DNA of 22,798 nt, taken from assembly GCA_900617105.1 (NCBI GenBank), contig UYFQ01000242.1:62001-84798 (forward strand). The letters are read 5' to 3'. The notes beneath the pieces are model-generated. The model had not been told where the DNA came from, made no database searches, and worked only from the letters and a program-made list of their open reading frames with translations. Shown here in pieces: positions 9,585-21,516 of the stretch; position 1 is the stretch's first letter, and each line of letters opens with the position of its first letter. Source of the stretch: Hydrurus foetidus (lineage: Eukaryota). The position numbers and the translations under genes are program-made.

Positions 9585-9857
9585 TGTAGTCGCGGCCGGA
9601 TTCGAGTACGAAGAATCCGGGTAAAGACGGTATGCTGGAGTAAACTGTTAGGTTAGTTACAGTTTGTGAAAGAAGCGAGCAAGCAGCTAACAACAGACAC
9701 AAACGATAGGCTACAAGGGTGCTGATGCTGATGAGCGTCCGTTACCGGTGGACAGTTGATGTGGATGAAAATAGACTATGGGTGCGTGAATTATATACAT
9801 ACGTGAATATATACAAACGTATATAAAGTGTACGGTGAACGTACGTGCTAGGCTACA
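9585..9857 (-). repeat. 3' LTR of G2
   Basis: TGTAG...CTACA; no difference from 15493-15765 on base-by-base reading. Confidence 0.97.
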
Positions 9858-9873
9858 CTACTCCTTCCTCCTT
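9858..9873 (-). promoter_or_regulatory. Polypurine tract of G2
   Basis: Minus strand AAGGAGGAAGGAGTAG immediately before the 3' LTR start TGTAGCC. Confidence 0.9.
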
Positions 9874-10076
9874 AAATTTTAAGTTAAGTGAAAGAAAATG
9901 AATATGAGTGGAAATACATGTGGTAACGTATAGCTCATTTGAAAAAGGTGCCACTTCAAATTATTCAGGGATCCCATACGCCTATCTATCGTCAAAGATT
10001 TGGTAGTATGTGTGGATATGAAAATCAAAATGTTGTCGACACGATTTTCATCGGCGGCACTCCTTAGAGTCGGGGT

Positions 10077-10193
10077 ATAATATCTAAACAATTATGTCAG
10101 ACTCTTACTGACTAAAAACTCCCAAAAAGAATGTTGACCGACAACAAACAAAAAATAGGGTTGAAATCCATCATGGATATTGTTTAGTATTAT
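10077..10193 (-). promoter_or_regulatory. Predicted structured 3'-UTR RNA element of G2 (counterpart of 4494-4595)
   Basis: Closing stem CTAAACAAT/ATTGTTTAG plus ATAATA/TATTAT; conserved 27-nt block at 10093-10119. Confidence 0.7.
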
Positions 10194-13100
10194 ATATTTG
10201 TATCTACAATGTTTGTAAACTTTCTAGGTATTAAACGTTGAAGATTGTTAGATGTCAAGTATTCGTGTAATTTTTCGGTATCACGAAGATTGGCATAGGA
10301 TGTCCATGAATTGTGTTCATCGGCATAACCTAACCATTTGACAAGGAAATCTAACGAAGTTTTGCGTTGTAAGTCACCACGATGTTCAAGGATATTTTCA
10401 ATGTAAAATTCCATATAATCATGACGAGCAACGTCTAATGGTTCAACACGTAGTGGATCAAAAGGAAAAGGTTTCATATCTGAAACATGATATTCTTTTT
10501 CGACATGAGAGATAAGATCATAAAGGGTAAACCTTGAGTTTGATCCGGAAATAACTCTCATAGGACCACGCCAGAACGTATGAAGACGTGTAGGCAGGTG
10601 ACCTGTACGGTAATGTACCAATACATACGTTCCGGGTTGGAAATCCGTATGTTGTAATTGTTTTTATGTGTCATATGAAGTAAGTCAGTGAGAAGAAGCT
10701 CTTTAGCAGCTGATTTTCTAAGACTATCTTGTGTCTTGAGAAGGTTACTCATATAGACTGACATAGATTTCTTGAAGGAGGAACTTCGTCAATTGGACGG
10801 AACATACCACGATCAAGATTAACACAGTTACCAAACAGTAATTGTGCAGAAGATATCTTTAAACGATCACTATGATTTGAATTAATTATTCTCATAACGA
10901 AAGGTAAAGCTAATTTGTAATCTTCTAATGAAGTGTTGTCGTATGTGAGTGATCGGATGTGACGGTTAATCTCTTTGTTCATACGTTCAACAATAGCATT
11001 TTCCTCCTTAGAGTAAGCTAATGTTAAACAGTGTCGAGTACCAACAAACGATAAAAACTCACGTATTACGTCAGCAATAAAGTGGGGACCGTTATCTGAT
11101 CTTAACTGATGAGGTGCTCCGAAACGACCAAAATGTTGTATTAGACATTGGGCGGCGGATAGTGCAGTTGAATCAGTAGTATGATACAATTCAGTCCAAC
11201 GAGTGAATGTATCAATGATAACGAGGATATGTCCTCCGTCAGGAAATGGACCGACAAAGTCGATGTTTAAACATTCCATAGGGTAATACGACGAAGTCGT
11301 AAAAGGATGAGCATGAATAGGTATTTTAATCATACTCATCTTTTGACATTGTGGGCAAAAGTCAATGAAATATCTAACATGATTTTCCATGAATTCCCAC
11401 TTATGTTGATTTGCTTTCAATCGTTTCATAGTTCTGGCTAATCCAAAATGACCAACCATAGAATTGTGAACTGATGATATAGCATTGTATTGCATATCGG
11501 TGAGTTGAATTTTCGGAATAATAGCTGCTGCAAGAATCATATCTGCAGAGTATTCCTTAGGTGAGTCGATCATATTGTTACGACATAGTCGAGACATAGA
11601 GTCGGCGATATCATTATCAACACCTTTAATAAATTCAATTTTATATGTATACTCTGAGAGTGCTACATACCACCGAACAATCATTGGATTAGAATTGTTA
11701 TATATGTATAACAGATTTCTATGATCCGTTCGAATTGTAAATAATCTATCACGTAAAAGTGATTGTAGAAAAATACAAGAATAGTAAATTGCATAAGCTT
11801 CCTTTTGAATAGTGGACCAACGAAGTTGAGACCCAGAAAGAGATTTGCTTACAAATGCAACCGGATAGTCCTTTCCATCAATAGTCTGGAAGAGGTAACC
11901 ACCGATACCATAATCAGATGCATCAGTGTGCAACGTGATTGGTGCAGTATCACTAATGAAATGAATGGTAGTACATTTCGATACTTGTTCCTTTATTTCA
12001 TTAAAAGCAGAAGTTGCTTCTGGTGTCCATACTATCCGTTTTGTTCTTTGATAATTTGTAAGTAACGCATGTAACGGTCTTACTATCGTAGACTGATTTC
12101 TGATGAAATCACGGAAATAGTTTACCAATCCAAGAAAACTTTTAAGTTGTTTGGATACAGTAGGACAAGGAAAATCCAAAACTAATTGGATTTTACTCTG
12201 GGACATTCTAAGTCCCTCTTGTGATATAACCTTACCAACAAATTTTAAATCGGCATAGCCAAGATAACATTTGGATGGTTTAAGGATCATTTTATGGAGA
12301 CGAACGCGAGAAAAGAATTCTCGCAGTCGTGCAACAAAGTTGTCAGGACTGTTTCCAAAAATGTTAACGTCATCGATATAAATTTCTAAAATTCTATAAA
12401 GTAACGTATTTAACACTTCAGTAGCAATCATCTCTTGAAAATAAGAAGGTGCTTGCTTTAGACCAAAAGGTAGTCTAGTAAACTGATAGACACCACTATA
12501 TAATATAAACGAAGTATATTTTTTAGTAGCGAGTGTTAATGCGGCTTGATGGTATGCTTGAGCAAAATCCACCGTGCCAAAGATCGTCGGTTTCTGAGAA
12601 CCGATTCTCTGTAACATTTCCGTTATGTTCGGTACGGGCCAAGAGGCATGTTCCGTACATTCGTTCAAGTTACGGTAATCTATAACGAATCTTTTAGATC
12701 CGTCAGCCTTAGTTACTAAAAATCCTTGGCTATAATAAGCCGCCGTGGATTTCTCAATAATACCCTGCTCAATGAGGATATTTAATTGTCTAGTAATCTC
12801 CTTCTGATTGGCTGCTGATTGAGGTCTAGGTGGTTGTCTATTTTTAGAGACACGCCACTTAGGGTCCTGAACAACCAGATCAAAAGGAGGAATAGAAGCA
12901 GGCTGAGATGAAAGTGTATTTGAAAAGATATCTCTGTATTCAATACAGAGTAGTCTAATCAACTCCTGAAGTTCAGGAGTACCCGATATGTTAATCAGGG
13001 ATACTGGGTCAACCGGTTCCGGATTGGTATCCGGTAACCAAGGTGAAAAGGTACTAGCCTCATGTTCACCGATTTCATCATCATCTGGCATAGCCAGTTG

Positions 13101-15392
13101 AGATGTATTCTCGGATTGAATGACGAGAGAAGCTAGTAGACCTGATACAATAACCCTTTGGGGTGTTACTGAGGTCGCTGCCCTGTGCACTATATTAGTC
13201 GATGCTAATTGACTAGGCAACTCGAAGAATATTTGTGATTCCCGAATTGTCACTCGTCCGATCACAACATCGACTGAAGACTTGTTTAAAATAATTGCTT
13301 TGAAATTTAAAAAAGTATTTTTATTTAAACGTTCAGAAAAGTAAGTCATTTTCAAATTTATAGACTTAGAAATGTTATAACATTTTCCATCTAAGGCTGA
13401 ACAAACAGTCAGTGTCTTGTCGAAAATAATAAATTCTTCTAAATGAAAATTCTTAATTACACGCATGGCAACAAAATTGCCGGCGAGCGATCCCGTATCG
13501 ATCAGCACTTGGACTTCATTTCTTGGCTGGCTGGGCTGTGACACATAGGTGACAGTAGCAGTTAGAAAGTCGGCTGACGAAAGGTTCGTAAGAGCTCCCA
13601 ATATGGAAGAAGGAATAACAACATCAGTGAAACTAATAGTTGATGATAACTTACTTGTCTTCTTTAAGCTCTTTTGCTTAGTGACCGGCTTAGACGGACC
13701 CTCCGGTACAGCCGAGGCTGACGCGGTAGCAGTAGAAGAAGAGGAAGAAGAGGAGGTGGTAGGCACGTACGCTCCTCTTGCAACCAATGCATCAGGGTAA
13801 TCCTTTTTCAGTTTCTTAAATGCATTGCTATCAGCATATGCACTGTCAGAAGAATTGAAGTAGGGTGATGCAGTAAATCTACACACAGAGATAGTGTGAT
13901 TAGATCTTCCACAACCAACACAGACCTGTACGGTGCGAGTGGTTGAGGGATTCGAAGACTTTGCAGTCTTCGCGGACTTAGCACGTGGTTTGATGGTGTC
14001 CTCATCAGGCTCAGCAGCGCGTTTGGAGATAGGCTTATCTTTAGAACGCGTAGCTGGGCCTGGAGTAACCTCATAACCAGCAGCCCGAAGCTCGTTAGCT
14101 GAGTTTCTGAGAGTAGTCAGTTGCGTCCACCAAACGAATCGAAAATCTTTCAAATCGTTGATTGGAACAGTCTCACCGTTCACCTTGCGGCGTAAGATGA
14201 GCTGCCAATTGACGGGGTGGGTAGGCAACTGACGCTCTAGAATCTTAACAGCCTTAAGCTGTTCCTCAGCAGTAGTGCTGGGGAAATTTGCTACCAATGC
14301 ACCAAGGGCAGTATCGTTACAGGAGTCAGTCTCAATGTTGTTCAAATCAAATCTGAAATTGAACGATGAGACTTGCTCGAGGAACGATGCCTGACCCAAA
14401 GGTGTATCGATGGACTCATCAGGTACTGCCTTGAGGAGTTCTTTGCAGAATCTCTCGGTAGTCCATGACTTCCACTCTTCGCACTCGTCGCGAATTGCTC
14501 TCTCAGTGCAATACTGCCTTTGCAGGAGTGTTACAAGAGATTGCTCGACGTCTAATGGTACCACGTCAAGAAACGTATAGGGGCAACCATTCTTGCGAAG
14601 GTCGTTGGTGATGCTTAAAACTTCCAGATGAGTTGGAACCTTGCTGAGCTTTCTAACCTTTTCATGAGGTAATAGATAGCGTGCAGCAAGGTTTGAAACA
14701 ACAACATCGGTAGTAACACCACCAACGGTAGCAAAAGTTGCCACACTCTGAACATTACTGTTCATGACATTGCTGTCGGAAGTGGGCAACAGGGAATCGG
14801 TTTGCACCGGGTTTGCAGGCAAAACTGCGGCAGATAACACAGGCAGCACAGGCAAAGCAGGTAAGACATCACGCACAATGACAGGTAGTGGCGTGATGTC
14901 GGTGGCGGCGATGGCGGTGATGGCGGTGATGTCGGCGGTGGCGGCTATCATCGTGGATGATGATGGTGATGGTGCTGGTGGCGAAGGCGCCGGCTCCAAA
15001 AATACTCCATCCACTCGCTGGGGAAGTTGTTGATGTTCAACAGAGACTTCCCCCGCTTGGGATATCGCTAGATCCGCTGTAAAAGCTCCAGATGGAGCGG
15101 AAGATGGCTGCAAAAATTTTTGCAAGGGGTTTCCCCCTCCCACGCCGGGGGCCAAATTCGAGAAGGGGTTAGAGGCGATAGATAGATGGGCTGCGACATC
15201 AGTCGCAGCAACAGATGGATCTGGAAGCGAGGGAGGATTCGCCGAGTCGGAATCTCCCGTTGTGCTAGCGTCCTGGCTGTTGGCGACGATTTCGTCGACA
15301 GCGTCAGTTGATGGCGCTTCCTGTGAAATCGACAGGGGAGCCGTCGAAACGGCCGATACCCTGGAAAGTCTTCGTCGGTTGCTGGAAACCAT
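10190..15392 (-). CDS. gag-pol: G2 gag-pol polyprotein (Gag with CCHC, PR, RT, RNase H, IN, GPY/F, chromodomain), with two 1-nt frameshifts at ~10769 and ~10663
   Basis: CVGCGRSNHTISVC; VLIDTGSLAG; KRFVIDYR; YIDD; LHTDASDYGIG; HNSMVGH..CPQC; NIDFVGP/RSDNG/ENAIVER; FWRGPM; FYIENILEHRG..FLVKWLGYADEHNSW. Confidence 0.96.
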
Positions 15393-15492
15393 ACTGGTGA
15401 TCAGTGCCAGATGGTCGTCGGATGTCGGCGGTTGAAAATCTATCTAGCTCTCCAGTAACGAGAGTTCGTCTAACAACTCTCAATATTAATAT

Positions 15493-15765
15493 TGTAGTCG
15501 CGGCCGGATTCGAGTACGAAGAATCCGGGTAAAGACGGTATGCTGGAGTAAACTGTTAGGTTAGTTACAGTTTGTGAAAGAAGCGAGCAAGCAGCTAACA
15601 ACAGACACAAACGATAGGCTACAAGGGTGCTGATGCTGATGAGCGTCCGTTACCGGTGGACAGTTGATGTGGATGAAAATAGACTATGGGTGCGTGAATT
15701 ATATACATACGTGAATATATACAAACGTATATAAAGTGTACGGTGAACGTACGTGCTAGGCTACA
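15493..15765 (-). repeat. 5' LTR of G2
   Basis: Identical to 9585-9857; TATA-like AT-rich repeats in the U3 portion; CCGGATTC..GAATCCGG hairpin near the U5 end. Confidence 0.97.
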
Positions 15766-15905
15766 TCAGTACCCGTATACAGTATATGTGTACGGGATAT
15801 ACGGATAATCCCAAACACAACTCAGTCGACAGCCGACACAGCGGGTTCACAAGCATACTGCAGAAACTCCACAAGCTTCGTCGGCATAAGCGTCATCTGA
15901 GGGCG

Positions 15906-17511
15906 ATGAGACTTCATCTCAGCGCTCTCATCGGCTTGCCCTTGATACTTGCTCAGTCAACCGTTGAACTTGATGTCTTAAACAAGGATGTTCTGTTCGG
16001 TCGTCATGCTAACAGCGTTGTCAAAGTGCACATCCAGTACCCTTCGCAAGAAATGCTGCAGTCAATGGACAATCTACAGCAGCTTTGCTTCACCCTGAAT
16101 GGCAGATCATGTAAATGCTTCTCGGATTTCTTAGTTAAGGAAGTTACTCTGCCGACAGAGTGCATTTCCGACGATCACTACTGGTTTGCAGTAACCCTCT
16201 CAGTGCCACTAGTTAATGGCTCCGCAAAATTTATCAGCTATCCGATATTCATTCCATCCAGAGAAGTATTTGATGGTCATCAACAAAATCATGACATGGA
16301 TCTCATTAGCCTCGTGCTGCCTGTCACGTTAGACGATTTATCTCGTTGTGCCATTTTACTGAAATCACTAAGCCTTATTGCAGTTGGAGAGGTTGCTGAA
16401 ATGTACATATTTGTCCCTGATCGCCAGCGGAGTATTATGGAAGCAGCATTGTCAGGATTCTTCGATGCACTGAGCTTCAACATTTCCATCATCGCAGAAT
16501 CTGCTCTATTCTATCATAAATCCAAAGCGGACTCTTTCCCATATGCCATCCAGATGGCTATCAAACTGTTAGCTGCGAAAACGATAAAAACAGAGTATTA
16601 TTTGACACTCGATGCTGATATGGTTCTACTCCAACCACTCCGCGTAGACAACATCATCTATTTCGCTGAAGAGAGTAATTTGATAAATCATGGCCTGGAT
16701 GGTAATCGAAAGAGGGCCCTTTACGATCATGAGGAACGGTTTTTGTTCCATCCCAATTGGTGGAGCGGCTCTGAAGAGCTTCTTAATATGAGGAATGAGA
16801 AGTCCCATCTGCAGGGGTTTGGGGTGACACCTTCTCTTTTGAGTACTTTCGGCAGTCTCCTCACCGTGGCATCTGTAGAAAAAGCGATGACAGAACGAAT
16901 AATGTCAACCGATTCATCCAACTGCAGCAATGGTGCTCTCGTCTCATCATCTATCACTGCTAATGGTACTGTTGAAGTTAGCTGCATTCCTCCATTTTTG
17001 GTGGATTTAGAAATAGCTCTGAGAGAGAAGGCCGAATCTCTTTGGCTAGAGAGCTTTGGTCGGGAAAACGTGATATGGAGCGAGTACACGCTTTACCGCA
17101 CTGTGCTGGATCACTACGAGGTAGTACTAATCTTGCGAGAAATATGCTTGGATGCATCGCTTCTTCCGCACTGAAATTTTCTGTCTGTCAATTTAGATAT
17201 TCGACAGACTGCATGTCAGGCAGGTGGATGAGGACTTCGGCAACAAGACTGATCGCCATGATAAGACTCCTCACAGAGAGCTGAGTTCAAAAAACGTCAG
17301 GCTACACTGTTGCAATATTTGGTTTCCCTCTCAATCTCCCTGGAGTTTTGATAATGCTCTGAACAAGAGCTATGAGTGTCTGTTCTCCGTAGTTCAATCC
17401 ACTGCAGGAATATCACCGGGTAGAGTCTATTCTGCGTGGAAGGAGCATTTAGTTAATAGAGAATTGCTGGAAGGAAGTTACCGGGAGCAAGAGGAGAGTA
17501 GGATCCATTAG
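15906..17511 (+). CDS. Host gene: secreted GT-A-like (DxD) glycosyltransferase-like protein, ~509 aa; exons 15906-17120 and 17197-17511
   Basis: Signal-peptide-like start MRLHLSALIGLPLILAQS; YYLTLDADMVLL (DxD), QMAIKLLAA, WSEYTLY; a GT..AG 76-bp phase-0 intron (17121-17196) joins the two ORFs in frame. The family assignment is inference. Confidence 0.75.
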
Positions 17512-18079
17512 AAGCAGTGTTCATTTGGATCTATAGCACTTGTGACTAAAGGTCGAGAAAGTGACTGAAACATGTTTTAGATTTGTAAGTACAGTCATAA
17601 AAAAGGAAGCCATGCGTATGCAGTTGTTCACCTTATTTCTCGGTCTCTCTCTTAAATTTTAAGTCGAAGTTGAAATCGTGCATTATCCTCTATCCAGTCT
17701 CATCGGATCGATCTCTGACATTACTTGGCGCCTCTTAGCCCATTCTATCGATTCTATAAGAATCGATTGATGTGGCAGCCTCCTACTGTCGTCATCAATC
17801 GAAGCGCATGGGAAGAGTACTTACCAATGTGGCTGGCCTAGCGCCTTTCAGAAGTTCAGACGAGATCTACTAGGTCGCACGTTATTAGGGGGGTTTCAAC
17901 AAATTAATTACCGCAACTTCTAAACCCGTTGTCTTTAAAGTAAGGTAATGATCATTTCTAAATAATAACTGTGACAGATAGTGATGATGCAGAGGATGGC
18001 GAGGCAATGATATTGATTTCCAGGCCTCTCAGAAACAACAGTGATAAAAAAGGAAAATCGCCGTCTAAACGACGCAGGG

Positions 18080-18478
18080 TGGGTAAATTAATCAGATCGG
18101 ATTAGATTCCCCCCCCCCCCTCATCCAAATTGGGCAAAACTTTTTACAAGACACCAAACTTTTTTTTCAATACACGGTTCCTGTGACGAGTTACGGTCCC
18201 TATGCGGTTCCTGCGACCATACTGTCATAATTCGGTTCATTTCACTTGGTCAGCGGTGGATTTGAGACCGTTTCCGACAACAGATTTTGTATCCGGTAGA
18301 TATTATGCCGTAAACGGTAAAAATAAACGGTAAAATTTACCCGGTATTCCTTCCCTTATCCGGTACTCCTTACACAGTTGCAGAGTGGCGTTCTGAGTTG
18401 CGAAAAGTTTTGCATTTCACGAAAGTTTTGCCGATATCCCCCCTTCCCAAGAAAAATCCGACCTGATTAATTCATCTA
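18080..18478. mobile_element. MITE-like non-autonomous DNA element (~400 bp)
   Basis: Inverted repeats AATTAATCAGATCGGATT (18086-18103) and AATCCGACCTGATTAATT (18455-18472) match 17/18 and extend to 24 bp with transitions only; internal CGGT/AAACGGTAAA repeats; no clear TSD. Confidence 0.6.
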
Positions 18479-18680
18479 AGACCGCGCCGCCCAGTGACAG
18501 GTCTACTAATATGCGTTAGAATAACCTGAATAAAGTTCTATAAATATAAGTCTGAAGAGAGTGCGGCACTATCTTATACCGCAGGTATCTGTACAACGTG
18601 CTGTGCTATTGGGTGATGATTTCTATGATGGATGACTGTGTGTTGAAGGTGCTCTCCCGCTAGTCATCAGATCTACAGTG

Positions 18681-21299
18681 CTAAATGGCGCCTTTTTCAT
18701 CCCTTCTGGACATGGGAATCTCCGGACCCATGCCGAATCTGTCACTAGCCCCATCATCTATATTGATGCCCCCGACAGAGGAGGACTCTTCTCGATTGCC
18801 CTCTGAGGTGAGGAGACACTGCGACTCTTCATGGATGATGCCGGAGTAGTACTTATTGTTCGGAACACGTGACACAGACGCATACAAATCTCCAGTGGAA
18901 GCCTTGTCGATTCTATCTACACTAATTTTATCAGTCAGGACACCGAATTTTACGAGTTTCTCATGGATTTTACTACGTACGTTCACTAGTACGAATCGTA
19001 GTTTCTTTGCCCTTGTGTGGGAGGCGCATTCCCTCAGAGCCATCATGCCTGAAATGTCCACTAACTTGACATCCGTGAAGTCGATGATGAGAGCCTTGAA
19101 CTTGTTACCCCTCTTGTTCAAGATTTCATCCACTAGAGTGTCCTTTATCATTGGTGCGGTGAGGAAAACAAGATCATTGTTCAGCCGAACAATCTGCACA
19201 GTCAAGTCCGCCACACCTGACGTGTCTGCTTCAATATCCTTATCTTTCATATTCATGCCATCAGGATCCTCCACATCGTCCACAGAAGGCATTATCTCGA
19301 AGAATGGCTTGGAGTCAGGGGAGAAGATGATGTCTTTGAGAAGCATCAAGATAGACACACCCACACCAGCAGCTAGACCCAGACTAGTGTCGAAGATAAG
19401 AGTTATCAAGAAAGTGACCATCATCGTAAAAAAATCATTTTTAGAGTGTATCCAAGCCTCGTAGAAGTCAGATGGACTAATCAGATTGGTCACTGCTGTG
19501 AATATGATGCCGGCCAAAGCAGCCGTAGGGATGTAGTAGAATGACGTTGTCAGAGTCCCCAGAGATAGCAGTACGACAAATATAGTGACGCACGAAGTAA
19601 AAGGCGTCTTCGCATCGGATGTGCCCGCTAAAGATGTTCTGGAATACGACCCGCACACAGGGTACGCACTAGAAAATGACCCACACATGTTCCCCACCCC
19701 AATAGCGAAGAGCTCCTGACTGGCATCCAGTTGCTCTAATTCATTGCGTGACGTGGCGAGTTTTCTCGAAACGGAGTAACTTTCCATGAAGCCGATTAAT
19801 GTCAGTGGTATCACGTCAATCATCAGCTGAGGAAAGTTGTAATTCATCTTCGGAATGTTGATGATGTTCAGCCCCGATTGGAGCTTCCCAACCACTTTCA
19901 ACGTTTGAGCGTAATGACTGGTATCGTACTTCAATATGGTGTACGCGACATGCGCACCTACAATGATGGCAACTAAAGGCAAAATACTCGTTGCAAAAGT
20001 CCAGACTTTGAACCACCGTGTTTTCTTCATTTCCGGTGTTACCTGCAGGTGTCCAGAAAATGGGGATGAAAAATCAGAATCTATAATTGATTGTATGAAC
20101 TGAATGATTGAATCCCTCGTGTCTCGATTCATTCGTCATGAGAATGTCCCACCTTCATGTTGTTCTTGATGGTCGACACGATCACTAGTGGTATGTAGAC
20201 TCCGAAGCACAGCTATGGATAACGTTCGTGATGCAAAGAGGATAGATAGTATTAGTCATTGGAGTTTATAACGGAGAAATCTAATGTAAGGATTCATGTT
20301 ATTTATGCATGCACCAACCTTGGCTGCGAAGTGATTCCGGTATAGTATGCTGTAAGGAGCTTTTGCAGTCGGTGTCGTTCTGCCATTCCAATTTTTGATG
20401 TACCACTGCATCTGCTCATAGTTATACTCGACACCGCCCACTGAACCGATCTGCGGAACTACACTAGGAAAACCGAACGCACTCTTCAATTGACTAAGTC
20501 CAATCAAACATGCAGCAGCTGAGGTGAAGCCCGAAATAACTGGATGCGACAGAAATCTGATGAAGCTCCCCAAGTTAAGGAGGCCCATCACAGTGAGAAT
20601 GAGTCCGCAAGCCAGAGAAGCTTCTGCTGCCAAATTGATAGCCTTCTCAGGTTCAACAAGGTATTCGATATTGTACTTGTTCACTAATGCTGCCACTAAT
20701 AGAGAGACAATGGCGACTGGACCAAGTGCTAGGCAATTAGAAGTCCCGAATACGGCGTACATTGTTGCCGGTAGGATACTAGCGTAGAGACCATTGATAG
20801 GGGGCAAATTAGCAAGCACTGCGTATGAAATTGCCTACAGAAAAGTATTGATAACACGTGAGTTTAGTCTTTATTCCTCCTTGATCAGTACGTGAGATGT
20901 CCGAATAGCAAACTCCTCCCTAACCTGAGGAATTAACGTCAAACCGATCGTAGTGCCAGCTAAAACGTCGCATGTCAACATTTCAAGCATTTCCTGGAGA
21001 GAAGGAGGTGTCAAATATCAAGTAGGAAGGATCGCATGGGAACTTAAAGTCGCATATGATGATCCACTGCTAACCACGTCGTAAGGCCCCGCTATGTATC
21101 TAACTAGCCATCCTCGTTTTCCATGTTGCGAAATAGGTGGTAGATACGGTACGTGAAGGAGCTTAACAAACCCCTTGAATGCTTTGGGGGATGACTGAAT
21201 CAGTTTTTTAATGACATCTTTTACTCCACCGGATGCTGAGGTGATGGATAATCGAGATGCTGTCGTCGTCCTGGATCGCTTATCGCCGTCGTCGTCCAT
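18681..21299 (-). CDS. Host gene: SulP/SLC26 family sulfate/anion transporter with STAS domain, ~743 aa; exons 21299-21075, 20993-20925, 20834-20319, 20212-20153, 20042-18681
   Basis: DVLAGTTIGLTLIPQ/AISYAVLANLPPINGLY, GPVAIVSL, FLSHPVISGFTSAAA, QELFAIG, GSYSRT, STAS (LIIDFTDVKLVDISG); four GT..AG introns of 81, 90, 106 and 110 bp restore one frame. Confidence 0.93.
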
Positions 21300-21516
21300 A
21301 CTTCAAGGAATGCGAGAGAAATTTTTTGTCAGTCCAGATTATGAATCACAAAATGTTTGCCTGAAGAAATTATAGCAGCCGAGGAGGAGCACTTCTGGGC
21401 CTTGCCTTCAGCTCATTGGATACTGAAGAAACGAGTTGAAGAGGGATGTGAAACTTCGCCTCGAAGTCTCTGAAGAAGTCGAAGAACTTTGTGCACGTAC
21501 GGCGTACGGTGGACGG

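Larger units (their letters stand above)
9585..15765 (-). mobile_element. Full-length Ty3/Gypsy chromovirus G2 (6181 bp), very recent insertion
   Basis: Two identical 273-bp LTRs, flanking TCAG duplication (9581-9584 and 15766-15769), PPT, and a single gag-pol reading frame with chromodomain. Confidence 0.97.

Noticed and set aside
9728..9785. Hammerhead ribozyme in the G2 LTR (CTGATGAG...GAAA)
   Set aside because: Stem II does not close directly between CTGATGA and GAAA, there is no credible stem III/NUH site, and it is on the element's antisense strand.
9879..10091. env-like or extra ORF in the G2 3' region
   Set aside because: Only 70 aa, non-ATG start, no signal peptide or other env features, and no counterpart in G1.
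15753..15905. N-terminal extension of the host ORF starting inside the LTR (LTR-host fusion)
   Set aside because: It starts at GTG; the ATG at 15906 gives a clean signal-peptide-like start, so the open upstream frame is probably incidental.
18856..19464. Antisense 202-aa ORF and other antisense/overlapping ORFs in TE and host genes
   Set aside because: Shadow frames of well-supported coding sequences, with no motifs.
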